Shown: positions 21,494 through 31,654 of the stretch, piece by piece
Layout: every line of letters starts with the position of its first letter
How positions within the stretch are numbered: the first letter of the stretch is position 1
Source: Deinococcus sp.
Lineage (GTDB): Bacteria; Deinococcota; Deinococci; Deinococcales; Deinococcaceae
Direction: 5' to 3'
DNA: 64,000 nt
Assembly: GCA_965261005.1 (NCBI GenBank)
Contig: OZ253375.1
Span: 1,312,001-1,376,000, forward strand
Made by a program: the position numbers and the translations under genes
Notes under the pieces: model-generated
Seen by the model: only the letters and a program-made list of their open reading frames with translations
What the model was told of the DNA's origin: nothing
Database searches by the model: none

Positions 21494-21665
21494 AGCATTT
21501 GTCAGAAGTATTGAGTGCTCTTCTCAATACTTCCCGAGTGGAACGAGCAGCAACAGGAGGGCATTTGGCAATGGCATGGAGCGGCGGAGGCGGGCAGGCC
21601 CGGTAGGTGCCGTTCTGCCCAAGACGCGAAGCCGGAGGCGCGCAATAGAATTGACAAATGCTCTA
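21491..21665. mobile_element. MITE-like repeat, copy 1 (175 bp)
   Basis: Terminal inverted repeats TA(A/G)AGCATTTGTCA...TGACAAATGCTCTA; internal 11-bp stem GAAGTATTGAG/CTCAATACTTC; near-identical inverted copy at 40761-40899. Confidence 0.85.
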
Positions 21666-22883
21666 CGCCCCGTACTTCTGCAATTTCAGGGCGTTGGCCA
21701 TCAGGAGCGGCATCACGTCGGTCCCCTTCCGAAAGCCCAGCGACCCTCTTTGAGCCTCCTCCTCGGTGAAGCGGGTGGCCGCGTCCTTGCGGCCCCAGTT
21801 GCCGTGAATCAGCAACGGCACCGGGTGCCACGAGTGGGTCAGCAGCTTGCTGGGGGTGCTGTGGTCGCCGGCCAGGCCGAGCACGTCCGGCTTCAAGTCC
21901 AGAATCTGCGGCAGCAGGGCGTCAAAGTCCTCGATCTTGTGAACCTTCTCGTCGAAGTGGCCGTCCTCGCCGGTCGAGTCGGTCTTCTTGAAGTGGACGA
22001 AGAAGAAGTCGTAGGCGTCCCAATGGGCGCGCAGCACGTCCAGCTTTTCCTGAGGAGCGTCCCCCTCGCCGGGCACCTCCAACACGTCCATGCCGACCAG
22101 CGCGGCCAGGCCCTTGTACATGGGATACGAGGCGATGCAGGCGGCCCGCAGCTGATAGGCGTCGTCGAAGCTCGGAAAGTGCGGCACGCCCGAATAGCCG
22201 CGAAACAGCACGCCGTTGATCTGCGTTTCTTCCTTCAGCGTTTCCTGGGCGCGGCGGACGAACTGGTTCACCAATTTGGCCGTGCGCTCGCTTCCGGCGT
22301 CTAGGGCCTTGGCCTCCAAGGGTGGCACGCCGGTCTGCTGCGGGTCCACGTCGCTGACCTCCGCGCCCAGGGCCTCGCCGGGATTGCGAAAGACCACCAC
22401 GAAGCGGTGCTCGCTCTCGGTGTAGATCTCCACTTTCACGCCGTCCAGCTCGGGCATCGCCCCGCGCAGCTTGGCGACCACCCGCGCGTTCTCCTCGTCG
22501 CTAGGACGGCCCGCGCGGCGGTCGAGGATGTTGCCCTGCGCGTCCAGCGTGGCGAAGTTGCCGCGCACCGCCACGTCGCCGGCGCCCAGCTTGACCCCGA
22601 TGCCGACGGCGCTCAGGGCGCCGCGCCCGACGGTGTACTTGATGGGGTCGTAGCCGAACAGGCTCAGGTGGCCGGGGCCGCTGCCGGGGGTGATGCCGGC
22701 ACCCACCAACTCGATCAGGCCCAGCTGCGACTGACGGGCCAGCGCGTCCAGGTTGGGCGTCCTCGCGGTCGCCAGCTCGGTGTCGCCGCCGGGGGTCATG
22801 GGCAGACCGCCCACCCCGTCGAGCACCACCAGCACGATTTTCTGTTCGTTCTTTTTCGCCAACTCGCGGATCACGTCAAGCAT
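21663..22883 (-). CDS. apgM: 2,3-BPG-independent phosphoglycerate mutase (ApgM/archaeal type)
   Basis: [46 protein letters not shown]...HSWHPVP. Confidence 0.92.
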   Translation of the reverse strand: MLDVIRELAKKNEQKIVLVVLDGVGGLPMTPGGDTELATARTPNLDALARQSQLGLIELVGAGITPGSGPGHLSLFGYDPIKYTVGRGALSAVGIGVKLGAGDVAVRGNFATLDAQGNILDRRAGRPSDEENARVVAKLRGAMPELDGVKVEIYTESEHRFVVVFRNPGEALGAEVSDVDPQQTGVPPLEAKALDAGSERTAKLVNQFVRRAQETLKEETQINGVLFRGYSGVPHFPSFDDAYQLRAACIASYPMYKGLAALVGMDVLEVPGEGDAPQEKLDVLRAHWDAYDFFFVHFKKTDSTGEDGHFDEKVHKIEDFDALLPQILDLKPDVLGLAGDHSTPSKLLTHSWHPVPLLIHGNWGRKDAATRFTEEEAQRGSLGFRKGTDVMPLLMANALKLQKYGA

Positions 22884-22892
22884 GCGCCCACT

Positions 22893-23662
<770 letters not shown>

Positions 23663-23663
<1 letters not shown>

Positions 23664-24322
23664 CAGGGCGCTCCTCCGGGCAACACTTCCCCGGCCGGCC
23701 CGAGGCGCGGGTACGGCTCGCCGCGCTCCCGGTACAGGGGGGCCAGGTCAGGATAGGCCCACTCGAACAGGAGACGCTCAAACTCGGCCCCCGGCAGGCG
23801 GGATTCCTCGTACAGACCCGCCGCGAGGCGCTGGCGCTGCGCCTCGAACAGGATGGTGGCGGCGGCCACCGAGACGTTGAGGCTCTGCACCATGCCCAAC
23901 ATGGGAATCACGACGTTGTGGTCGCTGAGGTGGGCCGCTTCCTGGGACACGCCCCACTTCTCGGCGCCCAAGAGAACACAGGTGGGCCTCGTGTAGTCGA
24001 GGTCGCGGTAGTCCAGCGCCCGTTCCGACAGGTGGGTCGCCAGCACCTGAACGCCGCGCTCTTGGAGATGGTGAATGGCCCCGGTCACGCCGTCATGCAC
24101 CCTGAGACCCACCCACTTTTCGGCGCTGCCCGAGGTGGCGCTGTAGGTGGGCAGCCCGCCGCGCGGCGCGACCGCGTGCGCCTCCAGGACGCCCACCGCG
24201 TCGCACGAGCGCAGAATAGCGCTGAAGTTGTGCGGCTTGTGAACCGCCTCCATCAGGACCGTGAGGTCGGGCTGGCGGCGGGCCAGCACCTGAGAAAGCT
24301 TGTGAAAACGTTCGGGCGTCAG
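23663..24322 (-). CDS. trmH: tRNA (guanosine-18-2'-O)-methyltransferase; probable CTG start
   Basis: TPERF...RQPDLTV...[47 protein letters not shown]. Confidence 0.93.
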
Positions 24323-25464
24323 CGCATGCCCCGCACCAGGTTCAGCATGGCCTCGCCATACTTGCGGGTCCGCTCCGGCCCCATGCCGCGCACCGCGCGC
24401 AGTTCTTCGGGGCTTTGCGGCGCCTCGCGCGCGATCTCGGCCAAGGTGGCGTTGGACGCGATGATAAAGCGCGACACCTCTTGGCGCCTCGCCTCGGCGT
24501 TGCGCCACTCGCGCAGCCGCTCGTAGGCGGCGCGCTGGTCCTCGGACAAGTTCTCGGCGGGGTCGGCGCCCACGTCCCCCGCGGGGGTGGGGGGCAAGTC
24601 GGGCGTCAGCGGCAATTCCGGCTCGGGTTCGGGTGCGGGTGGCTCGATTGGCTCGGCGGAAACGCTCTGGTCTTGGCGCTCCTCCACGTTCGCAACTCCA
24701 CTTGCCGCCTCACCGCCCAGATCACGCCACAAGTCCTCGACGCTCTCCAAACCGGCCGACAGCAGGGCGCCGCCCGCCACCGCCCGCCGCGCGGCGACCA
24801 CGCCGCCCAGCGGCGCGGCAGCGTCGAACAGCGCGCCCGGCTCACCCTTGAAGAGAAACACGCTGCCAGACACGGCCTCGGCGCGCTCCCCCAGCCGCTC
24901 CAGCAGCGTCTGGGCCTGGCGGGTCTGACGCGACAGGCGGGCGCTCAGCGTGGGCAAATCGCGCAGCAGCAGGGCGCGCGCCAAGCTGCCCAGCGTTTCC
25001 GGCATGTCCGGCGCCTCGCCCGTGCCCAAGAGGGCCGCAAAGGCGACGTCACCGTGGCCCCCCAGCGCGCCCGCGCCCGTGTAGGTCACCCAGCGCGCGC
25101 CGCCCGCCAAGTGACCGCCGCCGGGGCAAAAGGTCGCGTCGGCGATCACCTGGGCGTCCGCCTTGCGGGCGCGCTTGACCGCGCGCTCGTCGGGTTCGGG
25201 CAGCCAGACCAGCGAGTCGCGCCAATCGGCCTCGAAGGAGGCGACCTCGAAGCCGGCCGCCCGCGCCGCGTCCTCCACCGGCAGCCGCGGGTCGGGGCGC
25301 AGGGGGGCGCCCTGGGCAAGCTTGAACAGCGCGCTCAGCAGATCGGCTTCCCCGGCGAACAGCAGCGCCCAGTCGGCGCCCTCCAAAGCTGAGAGCAATG
25401 CGCCCAAATCCGCGCCCGGCCCGAGGGCTGCCCGCGCCAGGCGCGTTTCCAGTGCTTGATCCAT
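24319..25464 (-). CDS. Degenerate PLP-dependent (Cys/Met metabolism) fold fused to an HRDC domain
   Basis: VIADATF...LGGHGD...[15 protein letters not shown], then [28 protein letters not shown]...KYGE. Confidence 0.8.
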   Translation of the reverse strand: MDQALETRLARAALGPGADLGALLSALEGADWALLFAGEADLLSALFKLAQGAPLRPDPRLPVEDAARAAGFEVASFEADWRDSLVWLPEPDERAVKRARKADAQVIADATFCPGGGHLAGGARWVTYTGAGALGGHGDVAFAALLGTGEAPDMPETLGSLARALLLRDLPTLSARLSRQTRQAQTLLERLGERAEAVSGSVFLFKGEPGALFDAAAPLGGVVAARRAVAGGALLSAGLESVEDLWRDLGGEAASGVANVEERQDQSVSAEPIEPPAPEPEPELPLTPDLPPTPAGDVGADPAENLSEDQRAAYERLREWRNAEARRQEVSRFIIASNATLAEIAREAPQSPEELRAVRGMGPERTRKYGEAMLNLVRGMR

Positions 25465-25495
25465 AGATTCTCCTTTTAATAACCAACAAGCTGTT

Positions 25496-26314
25496 TTATT
25501 TTCCGAAACGGCGCTGACGCCTTTGAAAGTCCCGCAGGGCGCGCAAAAAGTCCACCTTGCGAAAGCCCGGCCAGTACACGTCGCAGAAGTAATACTCGCT
25601 GTAGGCCGACTGCCACAGCAAAAAGCCCGACAAGCGAATCTCGCCCGAGGTGCGCACGATGAAGTCGGGGTCGGGCACGCCGGCAGTGTAGAGGTAGGCG
25701 CCGATGTCCTCCACGCTCAGCTCCTCTTCGACCTGGGCCAGTTCCTCGCCGGCCTCGGCCTTGGCGCGCAGCAAGCGGCGCACGGCGTCCACGATCTCCT
25801 CGCGCCCGCCGTAGCCGACCGCGATGTTGAGCAGCATGCCGTCGTAGTGCGCGGTCGCCTTTTCCAAGTCGCGCAAGGCGTCGAGAACCTGCGCCGGAAA
25901 GCCGCCGTGCTGCCCGATGGCGCGCACCCGCACCTTGTTGGCGTGAATGCGCTTGTCGCGCGCCAAGTTGCGCGCCTCGCGGTCGAGCAGCCGCATGATG
26001 TGGCCGACTTCCTCGGGGTCGCGGTTTGCGTTGTCGGTGGACAGCACCCAGATGGTGATGTGCGGAATCCCCAGCTCCAAACACCACTGCAAGACCTCGT
26101 GCGCCTTGTCAGCCCCGAACTCGTGGCCGAGGCTGCGGTCCACGCCCAGGGCGCGCGCAAAACGGCGGTTGCCGTCCAGGATCAGACCGAGGTGCTGCGG
26201 CAACTTGCCGCCCTCCCGCACGCCGCGCTCCAGGCGCTGCTCGTACCACCAGTACAGCGGTTTGAGGGCGGCCCTGGATACACGCAAAAAGGCAGGAAGA
26301 CGGGACGCGCTCAC
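25496..26314 (-). CDS. cis-Prenyltransferase (UppS family)
   Basis: HLGLILDGNRR, LSTDN, YGGREEI, PDFIVRTSGEIRLSGFLLWQ; GTG 26314 follows a TACACT -10 box. Confidence 0.92.
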   Translation of the reverse strand: MSASRLPAFLRVSRAALKPLYWWYEQRLERGVREGGKLPQHLGLILDGNRRFARALGVDRSLGHEFGADKAHEVLQWCLELGIPHITIWVLSTDNANRDPEEVGHIMRLLDREARNLARDKRIHANKVRVRAIGQHGGFPAQVLDALRDLEKATAHYDGMLLNIAVGYGGREEIVDAVRRLLRAKAEAGEELAQVEEELSVEDIGAYLYTAGVPDPDFIVRTSGEIRLSGFLLWQSAYSEYYFCDVYWPGFRKVDFLRALRDFQRRQRRFGK

Positions 26315-26339
26315 AGGGATCAGTGTAGCGCCCCTGAAT

Positions 26340-26798
26340 TTATCGGCGCGCCGCCAAGTTCGCTTCACCCGGCACGCCGTAGGCCGGGTTGCGGCGCCCG
26401 CCCCGGAAGATCGCCAGCGTCACGTACTCGATCTCGCCGTCGCTCTTTTCGCGCAGGTGTTCGGGGTCGGTCGGGCGCGCGCCGCGCGAGTACTTGACCG
26501 CTTGCGGCAAGCGCAGCTTTTTGGTGTCCACGGCGGCCAATTCACGGCGCTTCCACACCGCGCCGCGGCAATAGACCACCTCCTCGCCGTCCTCGCCGCG
26601 AAACTTGCGCCCGCCCAGCAGGGACCAATCGAAGTCGGCCTCGTTTTCCAGCGGAAACTGAAAGCCCCCCGGCGGCACGTCGCCCGAGTACCAGCCGAGA
26701 CGGCCGTAGCGGCGCTGCACGTTTAACAGTTCCTCGGGACCGTTTACGTCCACGGTCACTTTGGCGCCCAAGTCGGTCGTAAATGCAATCTGTAACAT
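26340..26798 (-). CDS. ddrB: Single-strand annealing protein DdrB
   Basis: MLQI.F.TDLGA.VTV...VQR.YGRLGW.SG..P.GG.QFP.ENEADFDWSL.G...KYSRGA...DG.IEYV.LAIFRGG matches Deinococcus DdrB. Confidence 0.95.
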   Translation of the reverse strand: MLQIAFTTDLGAKVTVDVNGPEELLNVQRRYGRLGWYSGDVPPGGFQFPLENEADFDWSLLGGRKFRGEDGEEVVYCRGAVWKRRELAAVDTKKLRLPQAVKYSRGARPTDPEHLREKSDGEIEYVTLAIFRGGRRNPAYGVPGEANLAARR

Positions 26799-26809
26799 CA
26801 TGCGCTCCT

Positions 26810-26826
26810 TTACGTTTATAGCGTAA
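26810..26826. promoter_or_regulatory. RDRM (radiation/desiccation response motif, DdrO site)
   Basis: 17-bp palindrome TTACG-TTTATAG-CGTAA directly upstream of the ddrB RBS. Confidence 0.88.
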
Positions 26827-26871
26827 CACGCTCGGCGTTGGGCGTGGGCGCATCCACGCGGTACAGGCAAC

Positions 26872-27450
26872 TCAGCTTCGCTTGCCGCCGCGCAGTGACA
26901 GCGCCCCCACCAGAATCATAAGACCGATGGGCAGCCCGACCACCAGCCACCACAAACCGCCACCACCCGTCCCACCCGTCTGGGTGGTGGGCAGCAGCGC
27001 CGAGAAGTTGGCGGGAACGCCGGGCCGCAGAGGCCGCGCGCTCGCCGCCACCGCCCGCTCCCCCGGAAAGGTGGTATCCACCAGCGCGAGGGCGTAGCGG
27101 CCGGCGGGCACAGGTGGCAGGGCGCCTGCGTAGCCGCCGCCCGTCTGGGTCAGCGCCGCGCTCGCCAGCGGCGCGCCCGCCACATCGCTGACGAGCGCGG
27201 CCGACCAAGAACCACTTTTTAGGCGGCCTTGCCAAGTCGGGTCGAGGGGATAGGTCCGCAGCTCGACGCGGGCGCCGCGAACGCGCAGGTGGCTGATTTC
27301 GCCGGTGAGCTGCGCGGCCACCGTCCAGCCGCCAGGGGCGGGCCGCAACTCCACCTCGGCCCGCACCGCCTCCGAGTGGGCGCGGGCGACCGAGCCGCAA
27401 GCGAGCAGCAGGGCCAGCAGCCAAGCGAGAACCCTTACCTGCGTCCGCAC
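26872..27450 (-). CDS. Exported protein with N-terminal His after the signal and a C-terminal TM anchor
   Basis: GTG 27450; signal ARA-HSE; YtkA-like G.Y.L pattern; hydrophobic C-terminus followed by RGGKRS. Confidence 0.6.
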   Translation of the reverse strand: MRTQVRVLAWLLALLLACGSVARAHSEAVRAEVELRPAPGGWTVAAQLTGEISHLRVRGARVELRTYPLDPTWQGRLKSGSWSAALVSDVAGAPLASAALTQTGGGYAGALPPVPAGRYALALVDTTFPGERAVAASARPLRPGVPANFSALLPTTQTGGTGGGGLWWLVVGLPIGLMILVGALSLRGGKRS

Positions 27451-28877
27451 ACCGCCCCACTTTGGCAAATCGGCGCGTCCAGCAAGCTGCCGCGCGCTTG
27501 CATGGGCTGGGCGAAGATCCAGAGCGTGAGCGACGCGAACAGCACACACAGCAGCGTCGCGGGCACGGCCCGCGTGGCCCGACCTTGCGCCCGCGCCCGC
27601 CGCCACGCCGCGTAGGCGCCCGCGCCCAGCGCTAAGTAAGTCAGGGCCACCTGAAACGGAAAGGCGGCGTCGAGACGCAGCACGGCGTACGGCTCGGGCG
27701 GGTGAATGGGCAACTTCAGCCGCGCGAGGGCGCCGAGGGCCACCGGCCAAAAGGTGCCGGCGCCGATCAGAAAGTGGTAGAGGGCGTGCCCGCCCCAGAT
27801 GGCGACGGCCAACGGCGCCAGAATGACGGCCCACTCACGCAGCGTGCCCCCGGCCGCGCGGGCCACCAGGACGGTCAGGCCCACCCCACCCAGCAGCCAG
27901 CCGCCCTGAATCAGCAGCAGCAGCAAGACCTCATTGCGGGTGTACAGCAGGTTCGATAAGTTGGCCGCCAAGTGGCCGTAGGCCGGCACCATCGCGTAAG
28001 CGTTCAGCAGCCCACCCCAAGCCAGGACTGTCAGCAGCAGGGCGGCGTCGAACCTGGGCCGCGCCGTCTCGGCCTCGTAGGTAGGCGCGCGCACGGCGAG
28101 GGCCACATTGTCGTGGGGACAGGCGCGCAGGCAGTTGAGGCAGAGGGTGCAGTCCTGGGCGCTGCGCATGGCCGGCACGAACAACCGGGTTTCGCAGCCG
28201 GGCAGGGTGGCGGGACCGCTCAGCAGGGGCGAACTCAGCAGGGGCAAACCGGGCAGCCCTTCAAAGGTGGACTCGGCGGCCCGGCCGTTCAGACACGCCT
28301 TGCTTTCGCAGCTGCGGCACACGCCGGGGTCGCGCGCCGTGATCTGGGTCGGCGCGGCGCGCGACAGGGCGAAGTGGAAGTTGCCCAGCGGGCAGACGTA
28401 CTTGCAAAAGGTGCCCGCCGGAAACAAGCTGTCGGTCAGCAGGGCGGCGCCGAAATAGCCCACGACCAGCCAAGCGGTCAGCCACGGGCTGGCCCACAAG
28501 TCGAAGGCCTCGTAGCTGAACAGAAACATGACGGTCAGGCCGAGGGTCAGCCACTTGCCGCGCAGCGCCCTGGGCCAGCTCAAGGTCGGCAAAACCCGCC
28601 CCAGCAGCTTGCTGGGGCCGCGCGTCAGCATGATGGGGCAGGCCGCGCAGAACAGGTTGCCGAGGAGGGCCAGCGCCAGCACCGCCAGGGCGCGGTACTG
28701 CACCCAGACCGTGACGGTCGCGGTGTTGATGGAGGCGATCTGGCGACCAGTCAGGCCGTCGTAGACGCTCAGGGCCGCCAGCAGCAGCAGCGGCAGTTGC
28801 AAGACAAAGCGGCTGTAGCGCCAGCGCAAAAAGGAACCCAGCAGCGGCAGGCGCAACACGTCGGGGGTGGGCGTCAC
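27435..28877 (-). CDS. Polytopic membrane 4Fe-4S ferredoxin (FesM/NapH/CcoG-like)
   Basis: FCAACP, FCKYVCP, CRSCESKAC, CTLCLNCLRACP plus many TMs. Confidence 0.82.
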   Translation of the reverse strand: MTPTPDVLRLPLLGSFLRWRYSRFVLQLPLLLLAALSVYDGLTGRQIASINTATVTVWVQYRALAVLALALLGNLFCAACPIMLTRGPSKLLGRVLPTLSWPRALRGKWLTLGLTVMFLFSYEAFDLWASPWLTAWLVVGYFGAALLTDSLFPAGTFCKYVCPLGNFHFALSRAAPTQITARDPGVCRSCESKACLNGRAAESTFEGLPGLPLLSSPLLSGPATLPGCETRLFVPAMRSAQDCTLCLNCLRACPHDNVALAVRAPTYEAETARPRFDAALLLTVLAWGGLLNAYAMVPAYGHLAANLSNLLYTRNEVLLLLLIQGGWLLGGVGLTVLVARAAGGTLREWAVILAPLAVAIWGGHALYHFLIGAGTFWPVALGALARLKLPIHPPEPYAVLRLDAAFPFQVALTYLALGAGAYAAWRRARAQGRATRAVPATLLCVLFASLTLWIFAQPMQARGSLLDAPICQSGAVCGRR

Positions 28878-28890
28878 AACCCGCCCACCT

Positions 28891-29274
28891 TCACTGGCCC
28901 CGCACGGTCACGGGCAGGTCGGCCGAGCGCACCTTGCCGTCCTGGCTCGCTTGCACGGTCAGCACCCAGTCGCCGGCCATGTTGAGATCGAAGTCCCGCA
29001 CCCGGTAGCCGCCGCCGCCCAGCGAGGTCGCGTCCGCGCGCACCGGCGCCATGCCGGGGTGGGTCATGTTGCCCTCCAGGCGTACCTTCGCCCCGCTCAG
29101 GGGTTGCCCGCCCTCGCTGAGCCGCAAGGTCAGGTCGGCCGGACCCACCTGAAGCGGGGTCGGCGTGGCGCTCAGCGTCACGTTCAGGTCGCTCTCGGCC
29201 GTGGGGGGGCGGCAGGCCCCCAGCAGCAGGACGAGCGCGGCTCCCCCAAGCAGACGAAGGTGGCTGTGTCGCAT
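28891..29274 (-). CDS. YtkA/FixH-like lipoprotein
   Basis: Lipobox LGAC; LEGNMTHPGMAPV, LNMAGDW. Confidence 0.85.
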   Translation of the reverse strand: MRHSHLRLLGGAALVLLLGACRPPTAESDLNVTLSATPTPLQVGPADLTLRLSEGGQPLSGAKVRLEGNMTHPGMAPVRADATSLGGGGYRVRDFDLNMAGDWVLTVQASQDGKVRSADLPVTVRGQ

Positions 29275-29356
29275 GTGTTCACGTCCTTCTCGACTGGCGG
29301 GCGGCGGTGGACTCAGGTTTATCCTAGCCCAAGCCGGGCGCGCTACCCTGAGCGGA

Positions 29357-30022
29357 ATGTCCCGCCCCCTTTTGCGCGCGCGCTTGCTGCTGGCCGCCTT
29401 GTGGAGCGGCTTCGCGTTGGCGCACGGACAAACGGTGTCGCAGTTGGGTGGGCGGACGCTGTGCCTGGACGCCAGCTCGGTGCAGGTCAGGCTCGAGGGG
29501 GTGACGGCGCCCCAGCACGGGGGCGCACAGTCCCAACTGGAGCGCGCCCTGCGGCGGGCGCTGCTGAACGGCCTGAGCGCCTCGGGGGTGCGCCACGAGG
29601 TCCGGGCGTCGTGCCGGGGCAGCGCGGCCTTCGCGCGCCTTTCGGCCGAGGTGCGCTACCTCGATCCGCAGCACTACCTCGGCTACGGCGATTCCGCCTA
29701 CAGCTACGGGGTCGGTATCTGGGTCGGCGCTTGGGAGGGGCCGGCACAAACGCGCGGCGCGGCCGATTTGTTCAACGCCTTTTGGAGCGACATTCACGCC
29801 GAGTCGCCCGCGAAAGGTCCCTTCGAGCCGGTGGTGGCCGCTTGGGGCGAGGAACAGGTGCGTGACCTCGCGGTCGCTTGGCACGCGGACAACAAGCCGC
29901 TGCTGGAACGGCTAAGCGAGGCGCCGCCCCTGTGGCTGGGTGTGGTGGGCGCCTTGATCGGCGTCACCTTGGCGCTGAGCGGGCTGGCCGTCTTTCGCGG
30001 CCTGCGCGGGCAGGCTTTTTAA
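29357..30022 (+). CDS. Exported hypothetical protein with C-terminal TM
   Basis: TACCCT -10 then ATG; signal ALA-HGQ; hydrophobic C-terminus. Confidence 0.6.
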   Translation: MSRPLLRARLLLAALWSGFALAHGQTVSQLGGRTLCLDASSVQVRLEGVTAPQHGGAQSQLERALRRALLNGLSASGVRHEVRASCRGSAAFARLSAEVRYLDPQHYLGYGDSAYSYGVGIWVGAWEGPAQTRGAADLFNAFWSDIHAESPAKGPFEPVVAAWGEEQVRDLAVAWHADNKPLLERLSEAPPLWLGVVGALIGVTLALSGLAVFRGLRGQAF

Positions 30023-30051
30023 ATCGGACGCTCTGTGAATCGTTTTGCGAA

Positions 30052-30693
30052 TCACTCGCGCAGCACCCGGCGCAAGTCGACTTCCACCTTGGGCAGGTCG
30101 GGCAGCTGCGCGCTGTCCCACACCAAGCGGCGCCGCCCCGAGCGGTCAACCAGGATAACGGCCGAGGTGTGGTCCACGTTGTAATCGCTCACGGAGCGCA
30201 CGGCCGTCTTGGTGTACCACACGGCGTAGTCGGCGGCCACCTTTTTTAAACCGGGTTCGGGCACGTTCACGCCGGTGACGCCGGGGCCAAAGAAGCGCAC
30301 GTAGTCGCGCAGCTTGGCGGGCGTGTCGCGCGCCGGGTCCACGCTGACCAGCACGATCTGGAAATTCTCCCGCTCGCGCGCCGGCAGGGCCTGACGCGCC
30401 CGCTCCAGGTAGGTCAGCGTGAGCGGGCAGACGTTGGGGCAGTGGGTGAAGCCGAAGAACAGCGCCACCGTTTTGCCGCGCAGCGAGGCCAGCGCAAAGG
30501 GGCGCCCATCCTGATCGGTGCCGCTCAGGGCCGGGGCGGCGGGGCGCGCGTCGTAGGTGGTGCCGTAGGGCGTGTAGGGCGTGAGGAAACGCCCTGCCAG
30601 CAGCGCCAGCCCCAGCGCGGCGGCCAGCGCCAAGAGGGCCAGCGTGAGCCGCTCGGGCCAGCCCCAGCGCCGGCACGCGACACGCCGTATCAC
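30052..30693 (-). CDS. SCO1/SenC copper chaperone
   Basis: FFGFTHCPNVCP, SVDPARD, VDHT. Confidence 0.93.
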   Translation of the reverse strand: MIRRVACRRWGWPERLTLALLALAAALGLALLAGRFLTPYTPYGTTYDARPAAPALSGTDQDGRPFALASLRGKTVALFFGFTHCPNVCPLTLTYLERARQALPARERENFQIVLVSVDPARDTPAKLRDYVRFFGPGVTGVNVPEPGLKKVAADYAVWYTKTAVRSVSDYNVDHTSAVILVDRSGRRRLVWDSAQLPDLPKVEVDLRRVLRE

Positions 30694-31148
30694 AGACGCT
30701 TCACCGGCAGCTTGAGCGTCATGGCGCCGCCCGGCTCGAAGTTGAGCGTCAGCGTGACGGTCTCCCCCGCCTGTGGGGTGCGCTTCAGGCCGTAGAGCAT
30801 CAGGTGGTCGCCGCCCGGCTCCAGGACCAGTTTGCCGTGAGCCGGCACGGTCATGGACTTCACGTCGCGCATGCCGGTCATGTTCATGCTCGCCATGCCC
30901 TTCATGCCCGGCATCCCGCCCCCCACGGTCACGTTCTTCATGGGCGTGACCCGCTCAGCCAGGGGCGTGCTGCCGCCCAGCAGCTTGATGGGTTTGTCCG
31001 TGGGGTTGACCAGCGTCAGGTAGGCGCCGCCCACCTCGGCACCGGGCGGGGTTGCCTCGACAAAGGCGTGTTGCACCTTGACTTGCGGCGCGGCAAGTGA
31101 GGCAGACAAGCTGGCAAAAAGCAGGATGGGCAGCAGTTTGGGCGACAT
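30690..31148 (-). CDS. PCu(A)C copper chaperone
   Basis: GAYLTLVN, Met-rich loop, LEPGGDHLML, LTLNF. Confidence 0.92.
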   Translation of the reverse strand: MSPKLLPILLFASLSASLAAPQVKVQHAFVEATPPGAEVGGAYLTLVNPTDKPIKLLGGSTPLAERVTPMKNVTVGGGMPGMKGMASMNMTGMRDVKSMTVPAHGKLVLEPGGDHLMLYGLKRTPQAGETVTLTLNFEPGGAMTLKLPVKRL

Positions 31149-31235
31149 GAAACCTCCTTGAATGGCGTCATGCTATCCCTGGGGCGCGGGACGGGCGTCC
31201 CAAGTCCGTTCGTCTAAACCCGCTAAGCTGGACGT

Positions 31236-31595
31236 GTGCCAGGCAAGCCGGCCGCCCGCTCGCCCCTCAGTTCATGGGCGCTGGCGCTGCTGTGCCTGAT
31301 CGCCTCGCTCGCCTTTGCCACGCGCGAAACGGGTCTGGCTCCCATGCCGAACATGGACGTGTTCGGCATGGACATGGCCGCCGGACACGAACATCACGCG
31401 CCCAAACACAACCAGCACGACCACGCCGGCCACTGCCCCTTCTGCTTCACGGCCGCCTTCGCGCTGGAGGCTGGGAACGTGCGGGTGATCGTCCCGGCAA
31501 CCCGGGACGAGGCGCCGCCGACCTTCAAAACCGTCCCGCATCTTCTGGAGGCCGTGCGCGGTCCCCAGGCCCGCGCGCCGCCCATCCTCGCCTGA
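31236..31595 (+). CDS. DUF2946-type protein with CxxC and C-terminal RAPP motif
   Basis: Hydrophobic N-terminus, Met/His-rich linker, HCPFC, ends PQARAPPILA; leaderless (TAAGCT-N6-GTG). Confidence 0.85.
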   Translation: MPGKPAARSPLSSWALALLCLIASLAFATRETGLAPMPNMDVFGMDMAAGHEHHAPKHNQHDHAGHCPFCFTAAFALEAGNVRVIVPATRDEAPPTFKTVPHLLEAVRGPQARAPPILA

Positions 31596-31654
31596 CCTGA
31601 AGAAGCCGCGCCGAGAACCCTCGGCGTTCGCCCCAACTCGTTCAGGAGCTGACC

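Noticed and set aside
21509..21529. HAIR-like look of the MITE stem (TTGAGT...CTCAA)
   Set aside because: Spacer is 5 nt rather than 7 and the outer bases differ; better explained as the element's hairpin
21502..21831. Short ORFs ending ...CCSFHSGSIEKSTQYF here and at 40124-40888
   Set aside because: The shared peptide is just translation of the MITE sequence
26960..27000. LPTTQTGG before a C-terminal TM as a sortase signal
   Set aside because: Not a true LPxTG and no sortase in the window; treated as a plain membrane anchor
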